Below are positions 17,355 through 28,157 of a stretch of 64,000 nt of DNA, piece after piece (position 1 is the stretch's first letter; each line of letters opens with the position of its first letter). The notes beneath the pieces are model-generated. The model was not told where the DNA came from, did not search any database, and worked only from the letters and a program-made list of their open reading frames with translations. Source of the stretch: a virus (Duplodnaviria > Caudoviricetes); the IMG/VR virus record IMGVR_UViG_3300046469_000011, positions 1 through 64,000 of that record. One strand, 5' to 3'. A program made the translations under genes and the position numbers.

Positions 17355-20300
17355 TCTCCGATTTTCAGCAACGCGGTTTCGCCAAAGCTTACCTCAAGGT
17401 CTGCCTGGTCGGCAGGCTCGAAGGCCACCGTGGCTGTAGATGTCGAGCTAAATTTGAGCGTCGCCCACCACCAGCCGAAGGAAATCTGAGCCTTGCGATA
17501 TGCGGAGAAGAAAATCCCCGCTGTCGGCTCAAGCAGGTTCTCGGGGACAAGGATGACCGTCGCGATATCGCTGACAGTCCAGGAATCCTGCCCGTAGAGG
17601 ATGACAACGGCCCGAGCGGTGGCGCTGTCGTCCACTGAGAGCGTGTCTGAGGCGTTTCGCGGCCCCAGGGCGAGGAAGGTTACGGTGTCGAATATCGACC
17701 ACGAATCCGAGCCGCTGAGCAAGCGCCCCGTATAGCGCACAGCCCGGTCGCTGACCGCCGTGGAATCCGAGGCCCCACGGACCAGCGAGGAAAGGCCCTT
17801 TTGGGTCTGATCCGAGACAGACCAAGTGTCGGTCGCGCTGCGGGTTGGAGTAATAGCTCCCCTCGAAGCCACGTCGGAGAGCGAATTTGCGTCAAACGCA
17901 AATCGGGAGGACCCGAAAATTCGATGGTCGGTATCCGACACCGTGAGCGTGTCCGAAGCCGTCCTGGCCCGAGCAAGGGCCAGCCTCGTAGCCTGGTCGG
18001 CCACCGAGAAGGAATCGGTGCTGTAGCGGACGGTTAGCTGGCCGCCTGTGGACGCCTGATCGCTCGAAGCCCAAGAGTCGGCGGTCGAGCGGGCCACCGA
18101 AATCTGCCTCGTCGCGGCCTCGGAAATCGAGAAGGAGTCGGTCGAAGTCCGAGTGCGGAAAATTGTCCTGGTCGAAGAATCGGAGACGGTCCACAAATCC
18201 GAAGCCACGCGCAGAGTGATGGCTCCGACAACCGCAATATCGTTGATGGCGAAAATGTCGGACGTAAATCTGACTTGGGAAATCAGTCCACGGGCTGCTG
18301 CGTCGGAAAGCGTGAAGGAGTCCGAAGTGCTGCGTGCCAGACCAAAATTTGACACTATCGCATCCGCGACGGTCAAAATTTCGTTGGCGCTGCGTGCGAA
18401 GGAAACCGATGTCCGAGACGAGATATCGGAGATGGAGATGGTGTCCGAGGAATTTCTTGCCGCGACCACCTGAACCGAGGTGCTGTCGGAAATCGCCAAG
18501 CTGTCCGCCGAGGTTCGTGTCCCCACACCGATCCGCGAGACGACATCCGAGACATTCCAAGCGTCGCTTGAATTTCTGACGAAGGAGATCGCGCCCCGAG
18601 ATGTCTGGTCCGAGATGGCGATGGCGTCGCTTGAATTTCTCGCTGTAGTCGTTTGCGGCTGAGCGGTGTCGCTCACGCCTACGGAATCACTCGTAGTGCG
18701 GGTGGTCGAAGTCCCGCTGCTGATTCCATCGGAAATACTCCACACATCGGCGGCGCTTCGGGTGAAGACCACCAAGCGGGCTGTCTGATCGGTGATGCTC
18801 CAAGAATCAGTCGAAGACCGAGCAGTTCCCTCAAGCCGAGATGTGCTGTCGGAGATGGAGAAAGCGTCGCTTGAATTTCTAGAGGACGCAAAGTTGCGTA
18901 CAACTTGGTCTGATATCGAAACCGAATCAGCCGAGCTTCTCGTGAACTGAATGGTCTTCTGGGTGCTGTCGGAAACCGACCAGGAATCTGCTGTGAGCCG
19001 AGTAAAGGACTGGATGGCCCTCGAAGCAGCATCAGAGACGGCAACGGAATCGGTGCCCGAGCGGGAAATTGCCCTCGTCTGAGACGCGCCATCAGAAATT
19101 GACCAGCTATCGGATGCGGACCTCGTGTAGAAGGCAATCCGAGTAGTGGCGTCAGAAATCGTGAAGCTGTCGGTGGCCGAGCGAACGCCCACCACATTGC
19201 GGGTGGCCGAATCGGAAACCACATCGCTGTCGCTGGCCGACCGGGAGAATCCCTGCACCAAGCGAGACGCTGCATCTGTGACCGAAACCGTGTCCGTGGC
19301 GGTGCGCGGAATTCCCCGGACCTCAACAGCAGAATCGGAAATCGTGACCGAATCCGCCGCTGTGCGTGTGGCGGTGACCTGCTTGGCGACCGCATCGGAA
19401 ATTGAGAACAGATCCGAAGCAGAGCGAGAAACCGAAATGATCTTCGACGGCGAATCAGAGACATTCCAGGTATCACTGGCCGAGCGCGTGTAGCTGACCA
19501 GAGCGCGACTGGCCTGATCAGAAATTGAGAAGGAATCCGTCGTGCTTCGCGTGACCGAAACGACCCGAGAGGGAGAATCAGAAATGCTGAAGGCATCGGC
19601 AGAGCTTCGAGAAGCTGTTCCTATTCTCGAAACGGCGTCCGAAATGGCGACCGAATCGCTTGTGGTGCGGATGTAGCTGATTGAATTTCTCTGGACCGAA
19701 TCGCTGACCGTCCAGGAATCCGAAGCCGTCCTGGGATTGGCAGGGAAGCGCTGCACCGAATCAGAGACGCTCCAAGAATCGGCGCTTGAGCGTGGAGCGG
19801 CCAGAATGCGGGTTACCGCATCAGAAATCGTCCAATTGTCCGACGATGTGCGAGACGCTTGCGTGACCTTGCTGGTGGCGTCAGAAATCGAGACGAGATC
19901 GGTGGTTGACCTCGCGTAGCTCTGGATTTGCCGCGTGGCGAGATCGGTGACCGAGACGGCATCGGAGGTGGACCTCGGGTTGGAAATATTTCTTGAGATG
20001 GAGTCCGAGACGCTCCAAGAATCCGATGAGTACCGAGTGCGTCCACCGGCTGAAGTTGCCTGATCGGTGATCGTGACCGAATCGGAAGTCGAGCGCGTGA
20101 CGGAAATGACCTTTGTGGCGCTGTCGGAAATCGCCACTGAATCTGTCCCGGCCCGCACATAGCTGACCACCCCGCGCACAACGCTGTCGGACACGGAGAA
20201 GGTGTCTGTGGAGAACCGAGCGTCCGCCACAACGCGAGAGAGCGAGTCAGACACCGACCAGGAATCAGAAGTCGAGCGGGCATTCTGGATGGTCTTGGCA

Positions 20301-23300
20301 GCGGCATCTGAAATCGAGAAAGCATCGCTTGAAGAACGAATAAAACTGATGACATTTCTCTGAACCGAATCGGTAATGCTGACTGAATCAGACCCCGATT
20401 TAGTGAGGCTGATAGCCCGCTGCGAAGAATCCGAGATTGTCCACGAATCGGCGCTAGTGCGAGACACCGAAACGATGCGGCTGGTGGTATCGGAAATCGT
20501 CCAGGAATCCGAAGTGGTTCGACCGGCCTGCGTAGCCTTTGAGGCGCTATCCGAAATTGACTCGCTATCGCTGGCCGTGCGGATGAAGCTCTGTGTTTGG
20601 CGAGAAACAGAATCCGACACCGTAAACGAATCCACACCAGATCTCGGCAAGCCAAGAATCCGAACCACCGCATCGGAAATAGTCCACGAATCCGATGAAG
20701 TTCTGGCGTGACCAGAGGCAGGAGTCGCCTGATCGCTGATCGAGAACGAATCAGCTGACGTGCGAATGACCGAAATTATCTTGGTGGGCGTATCGGAAAC
20801 GCTCACCACATCAACAGCGGTGCGCGTGTAGCTGATCGGCCCTCGCGTAGTGCTGTCAGAGACGGAGAAAGAATCCGACGAAGTTCGAGGATTACCAACT
20901 GCTCTCGCCACGGCATCAGAAATCGCAAAGGAATCCGTGCTGCTGCGAGCGAAGGCAGAAATCTTGGAAGTGAAATCGACAACCGTTACGGAGTCGCTCG
21001 TACTCCTGGTGAACGATTGAACAGAGCGGCTAGAAGAATCCGAGACGCTAAACGAATCCGTGGCCGTGCGTGGCAGAGCGATGAGCCTGGTGACCGCATC
21101 GGAAATTGTCCACGAGTCAGAAGCAGAGCGAGGCCGTCCGACGACAGGAGCCGCTGAATCGCTAATTGAGAAAGTATCCGACGCCGAGCGCGTATCGGAA
21201 ATCAGCTTGCTTGCCAGATCAGAAACAGCCAGCGAGTCCGAAGTCGTGCGGGTATAGCTGATTGGGCCACGGCTCGTGCTGTCAGAAACCGAGAACGAAT
21301 CTGAAGTCGAGCGCGGCAAGGAAACTGCTCTCGACAAAGCGTCACTGATGGCGAAGGAATCCGCCGAGCTTCGAGCAAATCCAGACGCCTTGGAAGCCAG
21401 ATCAGAAACAGAAACAGAATCAGCCGACGAGCGCGTGTAGCTGATTACGTTTCTCTGAGCCGCATCGGAGACGCTCAGTGAATCGGTGGTATTCCGCGAA
21501 GCAATTAGCGGACCACGCTGAACCGAATCGGAGATGCTCCACGAATCCGCACCAGATCTCGGGATTCCCAAAATTCTTGCGGCGGAGTCCGAAATCGAGA
21601 ACGAGTCAGTGGTGGTGCGTGCGCCTTGAATGGTTTTTGAAGCCGCATCAGAGACGGTTTCGCTATCGCTGGCCGCCCTGACAAAGCTCTGAATTTGCCT
21701 CGATGCGGAATCAGAGACGGCGATGGTGTCAGTTGCCGAGCGGGGCAGAGCCAGCAGCCGCACAACCGCATCAGAAATTGTCCAGCTATCAGATGAGGTG
21801 CGTCCGTGACCAGCAGCAGAAACAGCTTGATCACTGACCGTAACCGAATCAGCCGACGATCTGGTGACAGAAATCGTCTTCGTGGCTACATCAGAAATCG
21901 TCAGGGAATCAGCAGCCGCCCGAACGTAGTTGATAATCCCCCTAGTGGTGCTATCCACGACAGAGAAAGAATCCGAAGCAGATCGCGGCGCTCCGGACGC
22001 TCTCGAAACCGCATCAGAAATCGCGAACGAGTCAGTGGTGGCCCGCGCAAATGCTGATGCCTTGGAGGCAAGATCGGTGACCGAAACAGAATCGCTTGAA
22101 GAGCGCGTGTAGCTGATAATGCTCCGCGTAGCAGCATCAGAAATTGCCACCGAATCGCTTGAAGTGCGCGTGAAGCTGATTACAGAGCGCTGGACGGCAT
22201 CCGAAATCGTCCACGAATCAGACGCCGAACGTGGGCGTCCGACGAAGCTCGATACGGAGTCAGAAACCGAGAACGAATCCGCCGTGGTGCGAATATTTTG
22301 ATTTGCCTTGGACGCCGAATCAGAAACAGACTCAGAATCGCTCGCGCTTCGGATGAACGATTGGATAGAGCGAGTAACGGCATCGGAAATTGCCACCGAA
22401 TCCGTTGCAGATCTCGGCAGAGAAATTAGTCTTACAACGGCATCCGAGACAGTCCAAGAATCCGACGATGAGCGTGGCCGTCCTACAGCGGAAGCCACCT
22501 GATCACTTATCGAAAATGCATCGGATACAGAGCGAGAAACCGAAATTATCTTACTCGCTGCATCCGAGATGGCCCAAGAATCAGCAGCCGTGCGCGTGAA
22601 GGTGATTACGCCACGGCTCGTGCTATCGGAAACTGAGAACGAATCGGACGCCGAACGCGGCAAAGAAGGTGTTCTCGAAACAGCATCGCTAATCGCGAAG
22701 GAATCGGCTGAAGTACGAGCAAATGCCGACGCTTTATTAGCGGCATCTGTGATCGAGAAGGAGTCGGTCGTTGAGCGCGTGTAGCTAATTACATTTCGTG
22801 CAACGGAGTCTGTGACGCTGAGCGAATCAGTAGCGTTACGAGAGGCAATCAGAGGCCCGCGCTGAACGGAATCCGAGATAGTCCAGGAATCTGCGCTTGA
22901 GCGTGGCCTGCCAACAGTTCTCGCGGCTGTATCAGATACGGAAAATGAATCAGCGGTGGTCCGCGTAGCCGAAATTGCTTTAGAGGCGAAATCAGAGACA
23001 GATTCGCTGTCGCTAGCTGTGCGAGTAAAGCTCTGTATTTGCCTGGTGGAAGCATCTGATATCGAAACAGAATCAGACGCCGAATGAACCAGCGCAACCA
23101 CCCGTACAGCCGCATCGGAAATTGTCCAAGAATCCGATGACGACCGAGGCCGACCCACCGCCGAGGCCACCGAGTCACTGATCGACCATGAATCCGTCGT
23201 AGACCGAGAGCCAGAAATTATCTTCGACGAGCTATCCGAAATCGCCACGGAATCGGAAGTCGTGCGGGTGTAGCTAATCAGCCCGCGAGCGGCGCTATCC

Positions 23301-25555
23301 GATACCGAGAAGGAATCTGTTGAAGTCCGTGGATTGGCAACAGCCCGAGTAACCGCATCAGAAATGCTGAATGAGTCGGTCGTAGTACGAGCGGCTGCTC
23401 CGGCTTTGGAAGCAGCATCAGAAATCGTCCACGAATCACTCGTAGATCGGGTGTAGCTGATGATATTGCGCTGGGCGGAGTCCGAGACGGAAACCGAGTC
23501 ACTTGGATTTCGTGGTGCGCCAAAACCTCGCTGAACGGCATCGGAAATCGTCCACGAGTCCGTGGTGGTGCGCGAGGCGGCCACCACACGGCTGGTGCTG
23601 TCGGAAATAGTCCAGGAATCAGTCGTAGTTCGAGCGTGAGGCGCTGCTCTGGCGGCAGCATCAGAAATCGATGTGCTGTCAGATGACGTTCGAGAGAATG
23701 CTTGTGCCTGACGCGACAGCGAATCCGAAACCGAGAATGAGTCAGTCGCCGATCTCGGAATATTTCTTGTCTGCGTACTGGCGTCAGAAACCGTCCAAGA
23801 ATCGCTCGAAGACCGTGCATAAGCAGCAATACGTGGTGCGGAATCGCTGATGGAGAAGGAATCGCTTGTTGTTCTCGTGACTAGGCTGATAGTTCTGGCA
23901 GCAGAATCAGAGATCGAGAACGAATCAGATGAAGATCGCGGTGCCGCCAAAATTCTCGTGACGGCATCGGAAATACTCCAAGAGTCGGATGCGGTCTTGC
24001 CTGCGGTAACAACAGCGCCGGAAGCATTATCAGTAACGGACCCAACAGAATCAGAAATAGTGCGTGGATTCTGTGTAGAAATCGTCGCGGCGTCAGCAGG
24101 CCCGTAGGAAGTTGAATCGCCAACCGTTCCTGTCCACGCCCATCCAGTTGAATTACCATCGTTATATGGTGGGCGCGTAGTGGGATAATTGCTGAATACC
24201 TGCGAATAGGCTTGATCGACTCGCAGCGTGTATGAATTGCCTGCCGTCAAACCCAGCAAATATGCACCAAGCTGAGCCTCAACTGCTCCTGCTGGTGGCG
24301 TCATTGTCCCGACGAACTCATACCACTGGCCCGACACCGGATTCGCGACACCGCTGTTATCAGGCGGCAGCGAGTAGACCTGCACCTCTGAAATGAAGCT
24401 ATATCCTGGCCCGGTAAATTTTGTGATGAAATTTAGAGAAGCGCCAGCCGGAATGGTCCCGATAACCTTCATCGCAAGGCGCACAAACTGAACTTCACCG
24501 GGATTACAAGCAACCCCCGGTGCCCAGCTAGCAAGCTGATAACCGCCCGTCGATGCGACTGTCGCATCAACTTCCCAACAAGCTGCACCGTTATAGGCAT
24601 CGGCGGTTGTTCGCCCCTGAGACGAAATTGATCCGGTGCCGTATGCATAGGAACCCCAGCCGTCCGAATATGCAACACTCGGGTTAGCGACTAGGTTGGT
24701 AGGGCCAATATTTACAACGTCAGATGCAGTTCTGGCGAAACTTGTATTTATGGTTGCTGAATCAGAAACCGATACGGAATCGCTAGCGGTAGCGACACGA
24801 TGAGAAACAACCGACGCCGTAGCTGTATCAGGCGGTGTGGCTGAAGCAGAATCATTCGCTGTGCCGCTCCAAGCCCAACCGGAATACGATCCATCTGCGT
24901 AGGGATAATTTGTGCTGCCATCCTGCGGGTTGGGCAGCAGCATCGCCTGGTCTGCCCGCATGACCATTGCGCCAGGGGATGGCCCAAGAAGGTGAGCAAC
25001 AGGCTCTAGCTGAATTTCATAAGTGCCAGCCGGAATGACCACCGAGCCATAAAACTCATACCACTGGCCGCTGACCGGATTGGTGACCCACGCGGCGTTC
25101 GCGCCTGTGGGCTGAGTCTCTGAGATATAGCTATAGCCCGAGCCGGTAAATTTCACCAATAGGCCAAGCTGCGCTCCGGAAGCAATCGTGCCGATGAGCT
25201 TTACAGCACAACGCACAAAAATTGTCTGCCCCACACCGGGACCGCTTGCATTACCACCGAGCGTTGTATAGACCGGCGCAGCCTGAATCAAAAGCTCCTG
25301 ATTAGTTGAATCAGGAGTCGCATCAAATTCAAAACAAGCGCTGCCCTGGTAGTGGTCGGTAGTTACGCGACCAGCAAATGTCGATGATCCTGAAAATGCA
25401 TAACCGCCCCAGCCAGTTGCATCAGTTTCAAGGCTTGGATTGGGAACGAGATTTGACTGCCCAAGAAAAACACTGTCAGCAGCCGATACTGCCGCCGAAA
25501 TAGGCGTGCGCCGCTGAGGGCGCGAACGACGAACATTTGAAGATCCGCGTGCCAT
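17351..25555 (-). CDS. giant fibre/adhesin protein (2734 aa): two N-terminal CBM-like modules plus about 100 20-21-aa Ser/Asp/Thr repeats
   Basis: NLVPNPS/NLVANPS domains ending in YxDGxxxGWAWxGT; repeat RxxxDS(W/F/V)x(I/V)SD. Confidence 0.85.
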   Translation of the reverse strand: MARGSSNVRRSRPQRRTPISAAVSAADSVFLGQSNLVPNPSLETDATGWGGYAFSGSSTFAGRVTTDHYQGSACFEFDATPDSTNQELLIQAAPVYTTLGGNASGPGVGQTIFVRCAVKLIGTIASGAQLGLLVKFTGSGYSYISETQPTGANAAWVTNPVSGQWYEFYGSVVIPAGTYEIQLEPVAHLLGPSPGAMVMRADQAMLLPNPQDGSTNYPYADGSYSGWAWSGTANDSASATPPDTATASVVSHRVATASDSVSVSDSATINTSFARTASDVVNIGPTNLVANPSVAYSDGWGSYAYGTGSISSQGRTTADAYNGAACWEVDATVASTGGYQLASWAPGVACNPGEVQFVRLAMKVIGTIPAGASLNFITKFTGPGYSFISEVQVYSLPPDNSGVANPVSGQWYEFVGTMTPPAGAVEAQLGAYLLGLTAGNSYTLRVDQAYSQVFSNYPTTRPPYNDGNSTGWAWTGTVGDSTSYGPADAATISTQNPRTISDSVGSVTDNASGAVVTAGKTASDSWSISDAVTRILAAPRSSSDSFSISDSAARTISLVTRTTSDSFSISDSAPRIAAYARSSSDSWTVSDASTQTRNIPRSATDSFSVSDSLSRQAQAFSRTSSDSTSISDAAARAAPHARTTTDSWTISDSTSRVVAASRTTTDSWTISDAVQRGFGAPRNPSDSVSVSDSAQRNIISYTRSTSDSWTISDAASKAGAAARTTTDSFSISDAVTRAVANPRTSTDSFSVSDSAARGLISYTRTTSDSVAISDSSSKIISGSRSTTDSWSISDSVASAVGRPRSSSDSWTISDAAVRVVALVHSASDSVSISDASTRQIQSFTRTASDSESVSDFASKAISATRTTADSFSVSDTAARTVGRPRSSADSWTISDSVQRGPLIASRNATDSLSVTDSVARNVISYTRSTTDSFSITDAANKASAFARTSADSFAISDAVSRTPSLPRSASDSFSVSDSTSRGVITFTRTAADSWAISDAASKIISVSRSVSDAFSISDQVASAVGRPRSSSDSWTVSDAVVRLISLPRSATDSVAISDAVTRSIQSFIRSASDSESVSDSASKANQNIRTTADSFSVSDSVSSFVGRPRSASDSWTISDAVQRSVISFTRTSSDSVAISDAATRSIISYTRSSSDSVSVTDLASKASAFARATTDSFAISDAVSRASGAPRSASDSFSVVDSTTRGIINYVRAAADSLTISDVATKTISVTRSSADSVTVSDQAVSAAGHGRTSSDSWTISDAVVRLLALPRSATDTIAVSDSASRQIQSFVRAASDSETVSDAASKTIQGARTTTDSFSISDSAARILGIPRSGADSWSISDSVQRGPLIASRNTTDSLSVSDAAQRNVISYTRSSADSVSVSDLASKASGFARSSADSFAISDALSRAVSLPRSTSDSFSVSDSTSRGPISYTRTTSDSLAVSDLASKLISDTRSASDTFSISDSAAPVVGRPRSASDSWTISDAVTRLIALPRTATDSFSVSDSSSRSVQSFTRSTSDSVTVVDFTSKISAFARSSTDSFAISDAVARAVGNPRTSSDSFSVSDSTTRGPISYTRTAVDVVSVSDTPTKIISVIRTSADSFSISDQATPASGHARTSSDSWTISDAVVRILGLPRSGVDSFTVSDSVSRQTQSFIRTASDSESISDSASKATQAGRTTSDSWTISDTTSRIVSVSRTSADSWTISDSSQRAISLTKSGSDSVSITDSVQRNVISFIRSSSDAFSISDAAAKTIQNARSTSDSWSVSDSLSRVVADARFSTDTFSVSDSVVRGVVSYVRAGTDSVAISDSATKVISVTRSTSDSVTITDQATSAGGRTRYSSDSWSVSDSISRNISNPRSTSDAVSVTDLATRQIQSYARSTTDLVSISDATSKVTQASRTSSDNWTISDAVTRILAAPRSSADSWSVSDSVQRFPANPRTASDSWTVSDSVQRNSISYIRTTSDSVAISDAVSRIGTASRSSADAFSISDSPSRVVSVTRSTTDSFSISDQASRALVSYTRSASDTWNVSDSPSKIISVSRSASDLFSISDAVAKQVTATRTAADSVTISDSAVEVRGIPRTATDTVSVTDAASRLVQGFSRSASDSDVVSDSATRNVVGVRSATDSFTISDATTRIAFYTRSASDSWSISDGASQTRAISRSGTDSVAVSDAASRAIQSFTRLTADSWSVSDSTQKTIQFTRSSADSVSISDQVVRNFASSRNSSDAFSISDSTSRLEGTARSSTDSWSITDQTARLVVFTRSAADVWSISDGISSGTSTTRTTSDSVGVSDTAQPQTTTARNSSDAIAISDQTSRGAISFVRNSSDAWNVSDVVSRIGVGTRTSADSLAISDSTSVQVVAARNSSDTISISDISSRTSVSFARSANEILTVADAIVSNFGLARSTSDSFTLSDAAARGLISQVRFTSDIFAINDIAVVGAITLRVASDLWTVSDSSTRTIFRTRTSTDSFSISEAATRQISVARSTADSWASSDQASTGGQLTVRYSTDSFSVADQATRLALARARTASDTLTVSDTDHRIFGSSRFAFDANSLSDVASRGAITPTRSATDTWSVSDQTQKGLSSLVRGASDSTAVSDRAVRYTGRLLSGSDSWSIFDTVTFLALGPRNASDTLSVDDSATARAVVILYGQDSWTVSDIATVILVPENLLEPTAGIFFSAYRKAQISFGWWWATLKFSSTSTATVAFEPADQADLEVSFGETALLKIGE
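17480..24090 (-). repeat. coding tandem repeat, 60-63 nt period, with an 11-unit (about 224 aa) higher-order period
   Basis: Recurrent GAATC/TCGGAAAT/TCAGAAAT words; translated repeat visible; boundaries approximate. Confidence 0.85.
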
Positions 25556-26343
25556 TACGCTGTCTCAGGCAGCCAAAGGCTAGGAGTCCAAAGTTTCGGA
25601 AAAGCGACCATGAAGCGCCCGCGCTGCGGAACTTTTCTTACATTGTGCAGAGGGGACCGATGCCTGCGACTGCTTGGGTTGGTAGCAGCGACAACAGGAA
25701 GCAAAATTGCTCCCCCTGGATTCACAACCGCAGAAAGCTTAGTTGTGGTAACTGTAAACGTATCCTGATCGGCTGTCGAATTGCTGGTAGTCACCCCGTA
25801 GCCGAAATTATAATGAGTAGTCGTTGACGTTCCATCATTTGATTGCGTCGTCAGCGTTCCATTATTTAGTGAATGTGATGTGGTTTTAGTAGACGCGGTT
25901 GAATAAAGTGCAGCGCCCGCGACCACATACAATTCGCCTGGGGCAGTATCATCAGCGCTTGTATTTCCATACTGTGGAGAAGAGGTCCCCGAAACATATC
26001 CGGTACTAAAATTATCCCATGCTGCTCTAATCCCTGTCCATTCCATGACTTGTGCCGCCCAAGCAATGCTCGAAACAGCCGGAAATGTAGGCGCAGAATC
26101 CCCACCCGTAGCTGTTCTCACCAAAAGGAATGAGACAAAACTAGATGTAGTCAAAGCCCCACCACCTGCCGCCGTCCAACCGGTTGGAACAGTTGTATAT
26201 GTATTTGCCCCAATCCCCACACAGAGACAAATAAGAATATTTCCAGCGGTTCTGTTCTCGCCTGATCCCCAAGAAGGGGTTACAGCTACATCAGTAGACC
26301 CGAGAGAAACAGCACCAGCCGTCCCAACCAAAGCCGGTGCCAT
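25555..26343 (-). CDS. fibre-associated beta-sandwich protein
   Basis: TAGNILI/PTGWT motif also in C-terminus of 35475..37988; TAATG-coupled to the giant gene. Confidence 0.65.
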   Translation of the reverse strand: MAPALVGTAGAVSLGSTDVAVTPSWGSGENRTAGNILICLCVGIGANTYTTVPTGWTAAGGGALTTSSFVSFLLVRTATGGDSAPTFPAVSSIAWAAQVMEWTGIRAAWDNFSTGYVSGTSSPQYGNTSADDTAPGELYVVAGAALYSTASTKTTSHSLNNGTLTTQSNDGTSTTTHYNFGYGVTTSNSTADQDTFTVTTTKLSAVVNPGGAILLPVVAATNPSSRRHRSPLHNVRKVPQRGRFMVAFPKLWTPSLWLPETA

Positions 26344-26346
26344 GAA

Positions 26347-26841
26347 TTATTCTATCCAAGCGATCCAGCACGTAGCGTTGTACGACACAGCAAAATTGCA
26401 TCGCAAACGTACATAACGGGCTGATGCTACAAGACCGCATCGAGGGCGAGCGTCAGACGGGAACCACACGCTGTAGCCAGTCTGGGGATGCACTTTTTCT
26501 TGATCGAGAAGGCGCGTGGCCGCGATGGTGCCTTCAGTGGTCGGCCCATAACACGTCAGGGCAGCACCACCGACGCACAGAGAAGCCTGACCGCCAGGCG
26601 TGTCATAGGTATCAGGCGTGAGTGACGTACCTACTGAGGCAGCCACGTCACCCTCCATCAAATAAACCTCGCCCGGAGCATCAGTCGCAGATACGCCAGT
26701 ATCAGAAAAGCCCCAGCCAAGAATTTCAATGAAGGTGGCGGCAGGGATGCCCACCTGAAGAAGAGTCTTTAGGGCCGTGCCGGTTGCCTGTTCGGTAAGC
26801 GCTCCCGCTGCTGTATGGGGAGAGGCGATAAATTCAGGCAT
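26347..26841 (-). CDS. putative virion structural protein
   Basis: A/T/G-rich beta protein in fibre operon. Confidence 0.65.
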   Translation of the reverse strand: MPEFIASPHTAAGALTEQATGTALKTLLQVGIPAATFIEILGWGFSDTGVSATDAPGEVYLMEGDVAASVGTSLTPDTYDTPGGQASLCVGGAALTCYGPTTEGTIAATRLLDQEKVHPQTGYSVWFPSDARPRCGLVASARYVRLRCNFAVSYNATCWIAWIE

Positions 26842-27094
26842 TGGACACTTCCGAATGAAATTCTTTTATGTGCGTTTCGTGGTCTTCCCAATCGTAAATA
26901 GCGCGTTCGCCATAAACGACTTCAAGCTCGTTTCCTTCGGCATCGCGGCGCAGCACGAATTTCGCATTTTCGTCTGGCTCGTGAGTAACCAAAACTTGAT
27001 TGGCGACCCCACAAGCAGGGCAAATCGCAAAATGCCTGCCCTCATCGTCCACTATGAGCCGAGGGGGAAGTTCGTGTAGGGGTGTTCTTGGCAT
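26834..27094 (-). CDS. hypothetical protein with CPAC motif
   Basis: Tiles in operon. Confidence 0.6.
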   Translation of the reverse strand: MPRTPLHELPPRLIVDDEGRHFAICPACGVANQVLVTHEPDENAKFVLRRDAEGNELEVVYGERAIYDWEDHETHIKEFHSEVSNA

Positions 27095-27119
27095 TTCAAA
27101 ATTTCTTCTGACAACAAGC

Positions 27120-27151
27120 AGCCCGACGCCAGATATTCCCAGCGTCGGGCT
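27120..27151 (-). terminator. hairpin/terminator after the 308-aa gene
   Basis: AGCCCGACGC/GCGTCGGGCT inverted repeat; weak U tract. Confidence 0.6.
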
Positions 27152-27167
27152 AACTTGCAGTCAATCA

Positions 27168-28094
27168 CTAACCGGCTGTGACCGTCTCCGTGACCGTGAC
27201 GTTATCGCCTGAGGTCGTCAGAGTCGCCGTGGCGTTCAAGAGCGTCTCATAGGCCATCGTGCCTGAAGAGGACGCATTGAAAACGCCGATTTTCGCAATG
27301 GTGACCGGCAGAGAATCCGACCCGTTGGCCGTAAACGTCTTGGTCAGCGTGGTCGTATTCGTGCCCGCCGTATGGGCATAGGTCGCCTGTGCCCGGAGCA
27401 GACCGCCACCGACTGTCGTGATCTCGCCCGAGAGGGTGGTATCAGCAGCGGCAGGGGTGGTCGAGTTCGCCGTCAACGCGATGTAGTTGAACGACGCTGG
27501 CTGAGCCGATGTGGAAAGGTGCTGAGCATGGAGAGCATCCCGGCCACCCGTGGTCAGAAGTGCGGTCGGCTGACCTTCCGCGCATCCGAAATGGGCTGCA
27601 ATGGCTCGCCGTAGATCAGCGATATCGGACTCGACCCATGCGGGCTTCCCGGAGCCGGAGTGAACAGCAACAATCTGTTCAATTTCCGACACCGCAACAG
27701 CCCACTTTTTGAGGGACGGATCAATGTTTTCCAGATTCTTCGCGATGAGCGTAAGCATCCGGTCGTTGTCCGTGGAAAGCGTGTGGTTGACGAATTCCTC
27801 GTTGACAGAATCCGGATTGAATTCCACGCGCGTCACAGACTGCTTGAGGTGCTGTGCAGGAACGCTCACCCGAGGACCATCGGGTTGCTCGACCTGCATC
27901 ATCGGCGCATCGTTCCCCAGAAGAACAATTGCGCCAGGAGGCTTGGCTGTCTCATCCCCATCCGCCACGGGGATATAGCCCAGCGCCTCGTTTTTCAAAT
28001 CGCCCGACTGAACCTGCGACTGAGCAGGCTGGGAGGGTGCTTCGACCTGCTGAGCCTGGGAATCCGGCGTGGGAGTTGGATCTTCAACTGCCAT
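27168..28094 (-). CDS. putative major fibre subunit (tail-collar/fibre N-domain-like C-terminus); paralog of 37991..38749
   Basis: LTTGGRD..FNYIALT..DTTLSGEI..IGVFNASSSGT..GDNVTVT; AGGAG SD and downstream hairpin. Confidence 0.7.
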   Translation of the reverse strand: MAVEDPTPTPDSQAQQVEAPSQPAQSQVQSGDLKNEALGYIPVADGDETAKPPGAIVLLGNDAPMMQVEQPDGPRVSVPAQHLKQSVTRVEFNPDSVNEEFVNHTLSTDNDRMLTLIAKNLENIDPSLKKWAVAVSEIEQIVAVHSGSGKPAWVESDIADLRRAIAAHFGCAEGQPTALLTTGGRDALHAQHLSTSAQPASFNYIALTANSTTPAAADTTLSGEITTVGGGLLRAQATYAHTAGTNTTTLTKTFTANGSDSLPVTIAKIGVFNASSSGTMAYETLLNATATLTTSGDNVTVTETVTAG

Positions 28095-28157
28095 TTTTCT
28101 CCTATCTGAGAATTTTCTCGGTGGCCCGCGATTTTTCTACAGACCACCGAGAGGATT

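Noticed and set aside
17480-24090. CRISPR-like 60-63-nt periodicity
   Set aside because: Repeats are degenerate at synonymous positions and lie in one open frame, so this is a protein repeat. The Cas4-like gene is a typical solitary phage nuclease.
17351-25555. Classical tail tape-measure protein
   Set aside because: Ser/Asp beta-type repeats, no helical Ala/Gly/TM pattern, and no tail tube or chaperone frameshift genes upstream.
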